This document shows, in pieces, positions 8,449-17,334 of a stretch of DNA of 64,000 nt. The DNA is from Acidimicrobiales bacterium. GTDB taxonomy: Bacteria > Actinomycetota > Acidimicrobiia > Acidimicrobiales > JAJPHD01. How positions within the stretch are numbered: position 1 is the stretch's first letter; the number at the start of each line of letters is the position of its first letter. The translations under genes were made by a program, and so were the position numbers. The notes beneath the pieces are model-generated. The model made no database searches, was not told the origin of the DNA, and was given only the letters and a program-made list of their open reading frames with translations. The stretch is from the NCBI GenBank assembly GCA_039583695.1, contig JAVKSL010000003.1, positions 16,313 to 80,312 on the forward strand. The letters are read 5' to 3'.

Positions 8449-9552
8449 GTGGTCCGGGTCCTATGCGTGGCGGGGGCGCGGCCCAACTTCATGAAGGTCA
8501 AGCCGGTCATGGACGCCCTGGAGCGCCTGGGGGCCGAGGTGGTCCTGGTCCACACCGGCCAGCACTACGACGCCGCGATGAGCGAGGTGTTCCTTGCCGA
8601 GCTCGGCATCCGAGCTCCGGACCACCTCCTCGGCGTCGGGTCGGGTACCCAGGCGGAACAGACCGCCAAGGTGATGGTCGCCCTCGAGCCCCTGGTGGCC
8701 AGGTGTGGCGCTGACGTCGTGGTGGTGGTGGGCGACGTGAACTCGACGGTGGCGGCGGCCCTGGTCGCAGCCAAGGCTGGCTGCCTGGTGGCCCATGTCG
8801 AGGCGGGACTGCGCAGCCGTGAGTGGTCGATGCCCGAGGAGGTGAACCGCGTCGTCACGGACCGCCTGAGTGACTACCTGTTCGCCCCGTCACCCGACGC
8901 GCTCGACAATCTCAGAGCCGAGGGCTATCGGGAGGACCAGGTCCACCTTGTTGGAAACGTGATGGTCGACACCTTGCTGGCCACCCTCGACCGGGCGAGG
9001 GCCCGGCCCATCTTGGGTGAGCTGGGACTCGAGCCGAAGGGATATGGCCTGGTCACCCTGCACCGCCCCGCCAACGTGGACGATCCGGTGGTGCTGGCCA
9101 ACATCCTCGGCACCCTGGGCGAGGTAGCCCGGGAGGTTCCCCTCGTTTTCCCGGTCCACCCCCGTACCGCGGAGCGGCTGGGTGATGTCCAGGTGCCAGA
9201 TGGGCTTCGGCTCATCGATCCGGCCGGCTACCTCGACTTCCTCGCCTTGGAGGACGCCGCTCGGCTGGTGTTGACCGACTCGGGAGGCGTCCAGGAGGAG
9301 ACCACCGTGCTGGGCGTGCCATGCCTCACCCTGAGGGAGAGCACCGAGCGGCCGATCACGGTCACCGAGGGTACCAATCGGGTGGTGGGCCGCGACCCGT
9401 CCCGCATCCTTGCTGGAGCGAGGGACATCCTGGCAAAGGGGGTGGTCCCACGCTGTCCGGCTCTATGGGACGGTCGAGCCGGAGAGCGAATCGCGCGGGT
9501 GATCGTCGACGGCGGTCCGCCGCTGAGCCACAGGCGACCTACCTATCGCTGA
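8449..9552 (+). CDS. wecB: UDP-N-acetylglucosamine 2-epimerase (non-hydrolysing)
   Basis: Lies inside ORF 6949..9552. GTG 8449 gives VVRVLCVAGARPNFMKVKPV...HTGQHYD...VVGDVNSTVAAA...HVEAGLRS...MPEEVNR...DSGGVQEE, the canonical WecB motifs. Confidence 0.85.
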   Translation: MVRVLCVAGARPNFMKVKPVMDALERLGAEVVLVHTGQHYDAAMSEVFLAELGIRAPDHLLGVGSGTQAEQTAKVMVALEPLVARCGADVVVVVGDVNSTVAAALVAAKAGCLVAHVEAGLRSREWSMPEEVNRVVTDRLSDYLFAPSPDALDNLRAEGYREDQVHLVGNVMVDTLLATLDRARARPILGELGLEPKGYGLVTLHRPANVDDPVVLANILGTLGEVAREVPLVFPVHPRTAERLGDVQVPDGLRLIDPAGYLDFLALEDAARLVLTDSGGVQEETTVLGVPCLTLRESTERPITVTEGTNRVVGRDPSRILAGARDILAKGVVPRCPALWDGRAGERIARVIVDGGPPLSHRRPTYR

Positions 9553-9826
9553 GCGGAACGCAGGAGTCGAGTAGGGGCGCTCGTCGTGATCCTCAACAGC
9601 CACTGCGTCCCACTGGCAGGGACGTCGCTTATCAGCGAAAATGGGGGCGGGCCTACCCGCCGACGCCGATGCTTCTTGGCCTCTGAGGCCGTTCAACAGC
9701 CTGGCGCCGGGTCCCCCGTTGAGGGTCGCACATTGTCGCTACGAGCACGCCGGTCAGTTTTCGGTTCACCCACCGGACCCCGGGTAGGCCCGCACACACA
9801 ACCTACCCCATGCGAGGAGGACAACT

Positions 9827-10540
9827 ATGCAAGTACCGACCGAGGTCAGTGTCGATGAAAGCCAACAGATCGTGGAGCGCGTCGATCTCGATGCTTTGGA
9901 GGCGGCCCGGCTCATCAACCTGACCTCCGGGGCGCTGGTGACCCAGGTCATCTCCGCCGCCGCCCTCGGAGTCGCGGGCGCTGGCCCAGACGGCGCTGGC
10001 CTGGTTCGACGACGACGGGCTACTCGGGATCGTGGACTGGGCCGAGTGAGCCGGGTGGTCGACGTCGGAGGGGGACTGGGGGCGATGCTGGCCATCTTGC
10101 TGCGTCGACATCGGCATCTGCTCGGCCTCCTCTACGATCAGGCCAACGCGCTGCAAGGCGCTGCGGCGTTCCTAGAGGCGGCCGGGGTGGCCCACCGGGT
10201 CGAGGTGAGGACCGGCAACTTTTTCGAATCGGTGCCGGCGGGCGCGGACCTGTAGCTGTTGGCTCGGGTGGTCTTCAACTGGGGCGACGACGAGGCTTCG
10301 ATGATCTTGAGGGCGGTCCCGTCGGCCATGGCCGACGACGCACGCGTGTTGGTGATCGATCACGTGTTGGGCGACGGGGACGCCTCGGACCCGGTCCGGC
10401 TGAACGATTTGAGCCTCATGGCCATGGGCGGATCCTCGAAGGCGGGCGAGCCCTCGGCGGCCCGCGCGCCTTGGACCTGCGTTTAGTGCGAGCCAGGGAG
10501 TCCTGGCCCGTTTCCGTCGCAGAACTGCAGCCCGTTGGCC
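9827..10540 (+). pseudogene. family-2 O-methyltransferase pseudogene (internal deletion, frameshifts, in-frame TAG)
   Basis: An intact SD (GAGGAGG) and ATG at 9827 are followed by the dimerisation segment. About 100 aa are then missing. There is a frame change around 10045 (..GIVDWAE / VSRVVDVGGGLG). An in-frame TAG at 10253-10255 replaces the Tyr of the usual ADLY-LLARV motif. The C-terminal ..ALDLRLVRARESWPVSVAELQPV is readable only in another frame. Confidence 0.6.
9884..9982 (+). repeat. direct repeat copy 2 (O-methyltransferase 5' segment)
   Basis: gatctcgatgctttggaggcggcccggctcatcaacctgacctccggggcgctggtgacccaggtcatctccgccgccgccctcggagtcgcgggcgct is the counterpart of 7061-7162, in the same orientation. 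Confidence 0.7.
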
Positions 10541-10548
10541 ATACCAAT

Positions 10549-10565
10549 GTGGTATGCTTTGGCTA
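10549..10565 (+). promoter_or_regulatory. candidate extended -10 promoter giving a leaderless antitoxin mRNA
   Basis: tgGTATGCT (TGn plus TATGCT) ends 7 nt before ATG 10566, and there is no SD upstream of that ATG. Confidence 0.3.
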
Positions 10566-10820
10566 ATGGCCGCCGAGCAGATCGCCGTCCGTGTCCCCAA
10601 AGAGCTTCTCAGAGCTGTCGACCAGCTCGTGACCGAGGGGATCTACGAGAGCCGGGCCGCTGCGGTGCGGGCCGGCATGGAGGCGATCATGGCGCTGCAG
10701 CAGCGAGAGCGCACCGACCGAGGGATCGTCGCTGGCTATGAGCGCATACCCGCCAGAAAGGCAGAGACTGCGGCCGCGATGGCGTCATTGCGAGACGCCA
10801 TAGCCGAGGAGCCCTGGTGA
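10566..10820 (+). CDS. ribbon-helix-helix (CopG-like) antitoxin
   Basis: [41 protein letters not shown] is an RHH beta-alpha-alpha pattern. Its stop overlaps the toxin start (GTGATG). Confidence 0.7.
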   Translation: MAAEQIAVRVPKELLRAVDQLVTEGIYESRAAAVRAGMEAIMALQQRERTDRGIVAGYERIPARKAETAAAMASLRDAIAEEPW

Positions 10821-11134
10821 TGGAGCCGCGCCGTGGCGAGGTTTGGTGGGGAGAGATCGCAGACGTTGGGCGTCGGCCCTTCCTGGTCATGACGAGATCA
10901 GTGGCGATACCGGTACTCAACAGCGTCCTTGCTGCCCCCGTGACGCGCACCATTCGCGGCATCCCCACCGAGCTGTCACTCGGTCCCGACGACGGCATGC
11001 CAACCGAGTGCGCGGCGAGCTTCGACAACCTCCGGGTGGTGGCCAAGGCCTTCCTTGTGCAGCGAGTATGTGCCTTGCACCCCGCACGGCTTGCCGAAGC
11101 ATGCGCAGCACTTCGAGCCGCCGTGGATTGCTGA
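10817..11134 (+). CDS. mazF: MazF/PemK family endoribonuclease toxin
   Basis: [24 protein letters not shown]...[35 protein letters not shown] is the typical MazF/PemK core. 105 aa. Confidence 0.8.
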   Translation: MMEPRRGEVWWGEIADVGRRPFLVMTRSVAIPVLNSVLAAPVTRTIRGIPTELSLGPDDGMPTECAASFDNLRVVAKAFLVQRVCALHPARLAEACAALRAAVDC

Positions 11135-11239
11135 CCTACGGACAGCCCCACCGCTCAGCGGGACGGACCACCGGGCCGCATAGAGTACCGCTCCTCCCAG
11201 CACCTTATAGAGGGAGCACCGACGAGCCTGAGCGTGGGG

Positions 11240-11578
11240 TGTTCGGTGCTGGGCTCTACACCACCGAGGCGGCGGTAGCGGCCTCGGTCCGCTGCGGTGT
11301 GCCGACCGCGGTGGCGGACCTGCACCCTGGCGAGACCTGGCTCGACCTGGGCTCGGGCGCCGGGGCCGACGTGCCAATCTCAGCACGCCGGGTCGGCCCG
11401 ACCGACAAGGCGAAAATCGGGCTCGACATGACCACCGAGATGCTCGAGCTGGCCCGCCGAAACGCCACAGAAGCGGGGTGCCACGAACGTCGAGTTCTTC
11501 CGCGGCTACCTGTTGGGCATCCCACTGCCCGACGCGAGCGTCGACGTGGTGACCTCCAACTGCGCGGAACCGGTGTAG
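11240..11578 (+). pseudogene. ArsM-like SAM methyltransferase fragment (N-terminally truncated, frameshifted)
   Basis: [75 protein letters not shown], then a 1-nt frame change after which [32 protein letters not shown] reads in another frame. Confidence 0.55.
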
Positions 11579-11825
11579 GCCCAGCACGAGCGGCCGGCAC
11601 CCCGCATTGCTGTGCCGTATGATCGGCTGGCCGGGGAGCGGCCCTCGGTCACCGACGGCTGTGAGCGACGTTGCAAGCACTTGCCTAGGTGCACCCTCTC
11701 CTGCTCGGCTCGGAGGCAGCTGATCCGGAAGCGGGCCGATCGGGAGCACCAGGAACCCGGCAGGGGCTCCCGGTAGGGGATGGCGTGCGGCTGGCCGGGA
11801 CCGCCGCCCCGACGGCGGCAGGCGC

Positions 11826-13361
11826 TCAGCTCGGCGTGGCCGACCCAGTCGCGGCAGCGGCGAGGTCGACCTCGAACTCGGCCCGCTCGATCGGCCGGGC
11901 GGGCCGGTGGGCGAGCCCCAGCAGGCGCAGGAGAGCCGTGCCCCCGACGGCCACGATCAGGTTGGCCACCAGCGGCGGCATCCCCAGGAACAGGCTCGTG
12001 TGCGCCAGGAAGCCAAAGGTGTAAAAGGACGTCTTGAAGCCCACCGAAACCAGCAGGTACGTGGTCCAACCGATCCCAACGGCCCAGCCAGTCAGGGTGG
12101 CCCAGCGGTCGAGCCAGCCCGTCCAGATGGCCAGGAACACTGCCGGGAGGGTCTGCAGCATCCACGCCCCGCCCGCGGTCTGGAAGTACAGGACGTACTT
12201 GGTGGTCACCGCCAGGATGAACGCCAGGGCCCCGAACTTGAGCACCGCGGAGAACACTTTGGCGACGGTCGCTTGCTCCCAGGCACTGGCCCGGGGCCTG
12301 AAGAACTCCCGCCAGATGTTGCGGCTGAAGACGTTGGCTGCCGCGACGGACATGATCGCCGCGGGAACGAGGGCCCCGATGGCGATGGCCGCGAAGGCGA
12401 ACCCGGCGAACCACCCGGGGAAGAAGCGCTCGAACAGGGCCGGCACGATGCTGTTGGCGCCGTAGGCCTTGGACGGGTGGATGCCAGCGGCGATGGCGAA
12501 GTAGCCCAGCAGCGCGATGAGTCCGAGCAGGACCGAGTACGCCGGCAGCAAGGCCGCGTTGCGCTCCACTGCCTTCTTGCTCGAGGCTGCCAGCGTTCCG
12601 GTCACCGAGTGGGGGTAGAGGAACAAGAACAGTGCCGAGCCGAGCGCCAGGGTCGAGTAGGCGGCGTAGCTCTTGGAGGGCAGGACGAGCTTGGCGTGGG
12701 GGACGAGGGAAAAGATGTGGGCGTAGCCGCCCAGCCGGATCGGCAGGTAGATCACCGCCACCAGCACCGTGGCCCAGATCAGCGTGTCTTTGATGGCTGC
12801 GATCAGCGTCGGCGCCCGCAGCCCGCTGACCGCGGTGAAGGTCACCAGCACCACGAAGGCCACCGTTAGGGAGAGGTCTACCGGTATCCCCATCTGGGCG
12901 ATCGACACCTCGATGCCGTAGATCTGAAGGGCTATGTAGGGGATCAGGGCGACGATCCCCGTGAGGCCCACCACAGCTGCCAGCAGCCGGCTGTCGAAGC
13001 GGTCTTGGACGAAGTCGGCCACGGTCACGTACCCTCGGTTGCGCGAGACCTGCCAGAGCTTGGGCATCACCAAATAGATGATGGGGAAGACGATGATCGT
13101 GTAGGGCAGCGCGAAGAGCCCGAGCGCCCCGGCACCGAAGACCAGGGCCGGCACCGCGACGAAGGTGTAGGCGGTGTAAATGTCGCCACCCACCATGTAC
13201 CAGGTGACGAAGGTGCCGAACCGCCTGCCCCCGAGGCCCCACTCAGTCAGATCCGAAAGGTTGCCCCTGCGCCAGCGCGCCGCCAGGAAGCCAACCACGG
13301 TGATGCCGCCGAAAAGGACTGCGAACACGGCCAGCGCTCCCACCTGGATGGTCGCGAGCAT
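11826..13361 (-). CDS. sodium:solute symporter family transporter
   Basis: ATG 13361 (MLATIQVGALAVFAVLFGG...). 511 aa with many TM segments and the SSS-type pattern. The start overlaps the DUF3311 stop by 1 nt (TGATG). Confidence 0.9.
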   Translation of the reverse strand: MLATIQVGALAVFAVLFGGITVVGFLAARWRRGNLSDLTEWGLGGRRFGTFVTWYMVGGDIYTAYTFVAVPALVFGAGALGLFALPYTIIVFPIIYLVMPKLWQVSRNRGYVTVADFVQDRFDSRLLAAVVGLTGIVALIPYIALQIYGIEVSIAQMGIPVDLSLTVAFVVLVTFTAVSGLRAPTLIAAIKDTLIWATVLVAVIYLPIRLGGYAHIFSLVPHAKLVLPSKSYAAYSTLALGSALFLFLYPHSVTGTLAASSKKAVERNAALLPAYSVLLGLIALLGYFAIAAGIHPSKAYGANSIVPALFERFFPGWFAGFAFAAIAIGALVPAAIMSVAAANVFSRNIWREFFRPRASAWEQATVAKVFSAVLKFGALAFILAVTTKYVLYFQTAGGAWMLQTLPAVFLAIWTGWLDRWATLTGWAVGIGWTTYLLVSVGFKTSFYTFGFLAHTSLFLGMPPLVANLIVAVGGTALLRLLGLAHRPARPIERAEFEVDLAAAATGSATPS

Positions 13362-13573
13362 CACTGCCTGCCTCCCCCGGAGGGCGTCTCGCGCCGCAGC
13401 ACGTACACCAGCCCGGTTATCACCGCGGTCAGCACCACCCATACGAGCAGGTACCAGTCGAAGAACGGCAGGCCACCCACGCTCGGGGTCACCGAGTTGT
13501 AGAAGCTGGCCGGCAGCGTCGCCACGAACGGGACCAACAGCAGCCAGAGGCTCCAGTTGTTTCGTCTTCTCAT
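13361..13573 (-). CDS. DUF3311-type small membrane protein (SSS transporter partner)
   Basis: MRRRNNWSLWLLLVPFVATLP...WYLLVWVVLTAVITGLVYVL has two TM segments. SD GGGGGA lies upstream of ATG 13573. This is the canonical position ahead of an SSS gene. Confidence 0.7.
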   Translation of the reverse strand: MRRRNNWSLWLLLVPFVATLPASFYNSVTPSVGGLPFFDWYLLVWVVLTAVITGLVYVLRRETPSGGGRQ

Positions 13574-13671
13574 TCGTCCCCCAACCAAAATCCCTTACGA
13601 GGATGATCGCGCCCGCCGGGGGAGGCGTCAAGCTCGTGGAGACTCGGGAAGCTAGCGACCTCGACTGCCGC

Positions 13672-13794
13672 CTAGCTCGCGGTTGATGATGGCAGCGCCT
13701 GCGGGAACTGTCCTGAGATGACAGGCTGCTGCTTGTCGGCCTCGCTGCCCCGTATGGGATCGAGATTGACCAGGCGAACCTCTCCGCGACGCAT
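13672..13794 (-). pseudogene. MazF/PemK toxin N-terminal stub
   Basis: MRRGEVRLVNLDPIRGSEADKQQPVIS matches the MazF N-terminal strand region (RGxVWLVxLDPxxGxE), then degenerates. Only 40 codons. Confidence 0.45.
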
Positions 13795-14067
13795 CAGGAC
13801 AGGCCGTCGCCTGTCGCTGTCTCCCAACCCGGGTAGTACTGAGGATGCCAGCAGCGGCGCTCTGCGCACGGCGTGATTGGCCCGGCCGCGGAACGGATCG
13901 TCAGCTCGGCGTGCGAAGCTGGCGACGACGAGCGCGATGACGACGATCCACTGCGCAACAACAAGCGCGCTGGTGCTCCGACCCGTCGTTGCCGGCCGGT
14001 GATCGGCGACGATGCCTGGCGCGACGGCGCGCACCGCGTCGAGGACGGCCCGATCCGAGCGAGTAGA

Positions 14068-14367
14068 GGAGACGACCTTGGGGTCCTGGCGGAAGTCGCC
14101 CTCGACGGCCTCCTGGGAGCGGTAGTCGGCGACGACCTGTGCGGTCGAGGCCCGCTCGGGGGTCTTGTCGGTGAACAGGGTCCGCTTGTCGAAGAGATCC
14201 TCTTCCAGTTCGGCACGGGCCTGCTTGTCGACAGAGAAGCTGAGGCGCAGCTCTGGCGGCTTCTCGCCGCTGAGCTGGTTCGCAGCACCCGGGCGATCCG
14301 GCGCGGGGCCGAGATGGCCGTTCAGCGTGACAGGATGGCCATCGGTGGATGGTTTCTTGAAGCGCAT
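14068..14367 (-). mobile_element. DDE transposase internal fragment (IS4/IS1634-like)
   Basis: ..LRLSFSVDKQARAELEEDLFDKRTLFTDKTPERASTAQVVADYRSQEAVEGDFRQ(L)DPKVVS resembles the ..FGKRxLxTD..W.t.eVvxaYRxQxxVExxFRxLKDP.. block of IS1634-type transposases. No intact ORF and no terminal repeats were seen. Confidence 0.4.
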
Positions 14368-14833
14368 AGCTCGGACGGTCGGTAGAGCGTGTTGAACGGG
14401 GCGAAGCCGGCCGCCGCACCGAGGGCGATGGCGCCACTGCTGGCGCAACTAGGAACAGGGGAGTCTCACCTACGATGCACACCTCGCTGCACTGGCGGTC
14501 GCGCGGCGCCCTCCAGGGAATCCTCGGGTCGAGGACCTGGAGGTCCACCGATCCGAGCTGATGGCCGTGGCACGGTGCCGGCGAGTGGCAAGGACCACTG
14601 ACATGTCAATGACATCTGCCGTTCCCGCAGCACCGCCCAAGACCCCTGGCGTCACTTCATCGACACCACCGTCACAGTCGTGGTGGAGGCCGACCACGTG
14701 CGCGTCGATCTGGCGCTGCGCACCTACACTCCCGTAGGGACTGTACGACAACAACCTGAGCGGCGAAGCCGCTCAAATGCGACCCTCACCAGGGAGGGCT
14801 ATAGTGTGCCCGCCGTTGCTCTCTCCCAGGCCT

Positions 14834-15784
14834 TCAGATCAGCTGCAGAGCGGCTTCCAGGGCGGAAAGCGTTGGCGGGTCGGCGCCTGGCCGAGCGCAG
14901 GTCAGGCTGGCCGCGGCGCAAGAGCGCGCGAGCAGCCAGGCAAGGTCCTGCTCGGATAGCTGCTCGATGGCCTGCCGGTGGGGCCCACCCAAGTGCCCTT
15001 TCATATGAAGCCCCTGCAGGAGAGCGGCAGTGAACGCATCGCCAGCACCGACGGTGTCCACGACGTTCACCTGTGGGGCAGTGGCAGCGACCCGTCCACC
15101 ACGACCCCCGTAAGCCAGCGCCCCATCCTCGCCCATCGTCACGACGGCCAGCGCCGGCCCAAGGCCCCGCCACAGCTCGGCCACGTCCCCGCAGTCCGAG
15201 CCTGGGTAGAGCCAGGCAAGGTCCTCCTCACTCACCTTGACCACGTGAGCAAGGGCCACCACGCGTTCAATCCACCGGCGTGTGGCTTTCACGTCGGGCG
15301 ATACCTGCGGCCGGATATTTGGATCGAAGCTGATGGTGACTGCCCCGCGGTCCCTCTCGCGGCTCAGGAACTCTTCCAGCACCCCGGAGCCAGGGGGCAC
15401 AGCCAAGGCTAGAGATCCGGCGTGCAGGGCCAAGACCTCCCCGGGCAGCGGCTCGGGTAACTCCTGCGGTCGCCACTGCCAGTCCGCAGTGCCGGCAAGG
15501 TAGAATTGGTAATCCGGTGGTTTGCCCACGTCGAGGCTGGCGATTGCCAGGGTCGTCGGTTCGGTCGCCTCGATCAGGAAGCGCTCGTCGACGCCGTTGC
15601 CGATCAAATGCTGGCGCAGGCGCTCACCAAATCGGTCGGTGGATATCCGCGCCATCATTGCCACGGGTACGTCCAACCTGGCTAGCCCCACAGCGACGTT
15701 GGCGGGGCTCCCCCCGGGTATCGCGGTGAAGGTCGTGCCGTCACCGACCAGGTCGACGAGAGCTTCGCCGAGCACGGTTATCAC
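14834..15784 (-). CDS. PfkB-family carbohydrate kinase (fructokinase-like)
   Basis: MITVLGEALVDLV...GGSPANVAVGLARL...DTVGAGDAFTAALL carries the PfkB signatures. Confidence 0.85.
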   Translation of the reverse strand: MITVLGEALVDLVGDGTTFTAIPGGSPANVAVGLARLDVPVAMMARISTDRFGERLRQHLIGNGVDERFLIEATEPTTLAIASLDVGKPPDYQFYLAGTADWQWRPQELPEPLPGEVLALHAGSLALAVPPGSGVLEEFLSRERDRGAVTISFDPNIRPQVSPDVKATRRWIERVVALAHVVKVSEEDLAWLYPGSDCGDVAELWRGLGPALAVVTMGEDGALAYGGRGGRVAATAPQVNVVDTVGAGDAFTAALLQGLHMKGHLGGPHRQAIEQLSEQDLAWLLARSCAAASLTCARPGADPPTLSALEAALQLI

Positions 15785-16089
15785 CGAAATTCACTTCCTC
15801 CCGAAAGCACGCGACAACTCCGGCTTGCCGCCAATCCCGCGCCAATCGCTTCGCGATCTGGAGGGCGCTTGGCTATCTGGAGGAAATGGGGTTGGCAGGC
15901 CGTCGTCGGGTTGACGGTAGCACGTGGATTGGCGCACGGTAGCCGCGGTCTCGGCGCCCGATGTTGACGTGCCACGAGCCCGGTTGTAGCATCGGCACTG
16001 GCAGGGCACTCGGCCCTTGCAGCAGTGCTGGGCGAGACCTGCGAACGAGGTGGAGCCAGGGCCAGACCGTAAAGGATAGGGGGGGACTG

Positions 16090-17163
16090 ATGCCAAAGGG
16101 AAGACTCCGGACAGTTTCAAGCCTGGTAGCGCTGGGTTTGGCTTCGGTCATGGTGCTGGCGGCATGCGGGACGTCGAAGCCGACCTCCACGTCGGCCACG
16201 TCGAGCCCGTCGAGCCCGTCGAGCCCGTCGAGCAAGCACATCACCATCGGCTTCGTGCCGAGCCTGGCCTCGGACCCGTTCTTTATCTCGATGCAGTACG
16301 GGGCGCAGCAGGAGGCCAACAAGCTCGGTGTCAAGCTCATCTGGCAGGGCGCCAGTGGGGTCTATTCGCCGTCAGCGCAGATCCCGTTTGTCGACGCGGT
16401 CCTGGCAGACAAACCCAGCGCGTTCATCCTCGTACCCACTGACGCCAGCGCCCTGATGCCGTCGGTGCAGCAGGCCAAGTCGGCCGGCATCCCGGTCATC
16501 ACCGTCGATACGACGGTCACGAACACAAGCGTGCTCACGAGCCACATCACCGGCGACAACGTCGGCGGTGGAACACTTGCCGCGAAGCTGCTGGGGGCCG
16601 CGATGGGTGGGAAGGGCCAGGTCTACCTGATGACGGGTGACCCCGGCGTGAGCACCGAACAGCTTCGCCAGCAGGGATTCCTGTCGGGCCTCAAGAAGGT
16701 ATCCGGCCTCAACTACCTGGGCTACGAGTACACCAAGGACCAGCCGAGCCTGGCCGAGACCGAGATGCAGGCGGTGCTCTCGCGCTACCCACACCTCGGT
16801 GGGGTCTTCGCGGTGGACGACACCACGGCCGAAGGTGTGATCCTGGGGCTCAAGAACGCTGGCGCTCTCGGCAAGGTGAAGGTGGTGGCCTACGACGCGG
16901 AGCCGCCGGAGGTAGCCGCTCTGCGGGCCGGCGTGCTCACGGCCCTGGTTGCACAGCGCCCAGCCGTAGAGGGTGCCCTGGCAGTCCTTTACGCCTACGA
17001 CGCGGTGACACACAAGACAGCCTCGATACAGCACTCAGTAATCGTGCCGGACGTGCTGTTGAAGCAGAGCTCGCTCTCCAAGGACACTCAGTGGTTCTAC
17101 TGCACCAAGCTTGCCAGTTGCTCCACGACGTGGCAGCCCACAAGCGCCAACGGCGCCCCGTGA
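16090..17163 (+). CDS. sugar ABC transporter substrate-binding lipoprotein (CUT2/RbsB-FrcB type)
   Basis: SD GGGGGA then ATG 16090. Lipobox LAAC. Periplasmic-binding-protein type-I pattern (ITIGFVPSLASDPFF...GIPVITVDT...). Confidence 0.85.
   Translation: MPKGRLRTVSSLVALGLASVMVLAACGTSKPTSTSATSSPSSPSSPSSKHITIGFVPSLASDPFFISMQYGAQQEANKLGVKLIWQGASGVYSPSAQIPFVDAVLADKPSAFILVPTDASALMPSVQQAKSAGIPVITVDTTVTNTSVLTSHITGDNVGGGTLAAKLLGAAMGGKGQVYLMTGDPGVSTEQLRQQGFLSGLKKVSGLNYLGYEYTKDQPSLAETEMQAVLSRYPHLGGVFAVDDTTAEGVILGLKNAGALGKVKVVAYDAEPPEVAALRAGVLTALVAQRPAVEGALAVLYAYDAVTHKTASIQHSVIVPDVLLKQSSLSKDTQWFYCTKLASCSTTWQPTSANGAP
16201..16233 (+). repeat. 9-bp tandem repeat (tcgagcccg x3.7) encoding (SSP)n lipoprotein linker
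   Basis: tcgagcccgtcgagcccgtcgagcccgtcgagc, directly visible in the sequence. It encodes SSPSSPSSPSS just after the lipobox. Confidence 0.8.
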
Positions 17164-17334
17164 CGGGGGCGCGATGATCGCGCCCAGGCTAGGACGATGG
17201 CGGTGGGGTCTTGCGATCCCCACCGCCGTGAGTTCCCCGTCATCAATCCGGAGAAGGAAAACCGCGGGTTCCTCCCCCCTGTTGGTTCGTTTCTGAGCAA
17301 GCCTTATACGGCTGACAGAGAAAGGCAGGTGCCG

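Noticed and set aside
6949-9552. 867-aa ORF as a single large protein
   Set aside because: It is a composite. The first ~120 codons are Arg/Pro junk, the middle is an oxidoreductase fragment, then non-coding read-through. Only the last 367 codons (from GTG 8449) form a coherent protein (WecB).
10253-10255. Programmed TAG read-through or recoding in the O-methyltransferase
   Set aside because: The same gene also carries an internal deletion and at least two frameshifts, so a simple nonsense mutation in a pseudogene is the more economical explanation.
14600-14760. Plus-strand frame ..WRHFIDTTVTVVVEADHVRVDLALRTYTPV.. as a transposase C-terminal tail
   Set aside because: The resemblance to the '..ITV.DD.V.V.L.RR.Y.P..' tails of some DDE transposases is vague, and there is no ORF or second motif. 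The evidence is insufficient.
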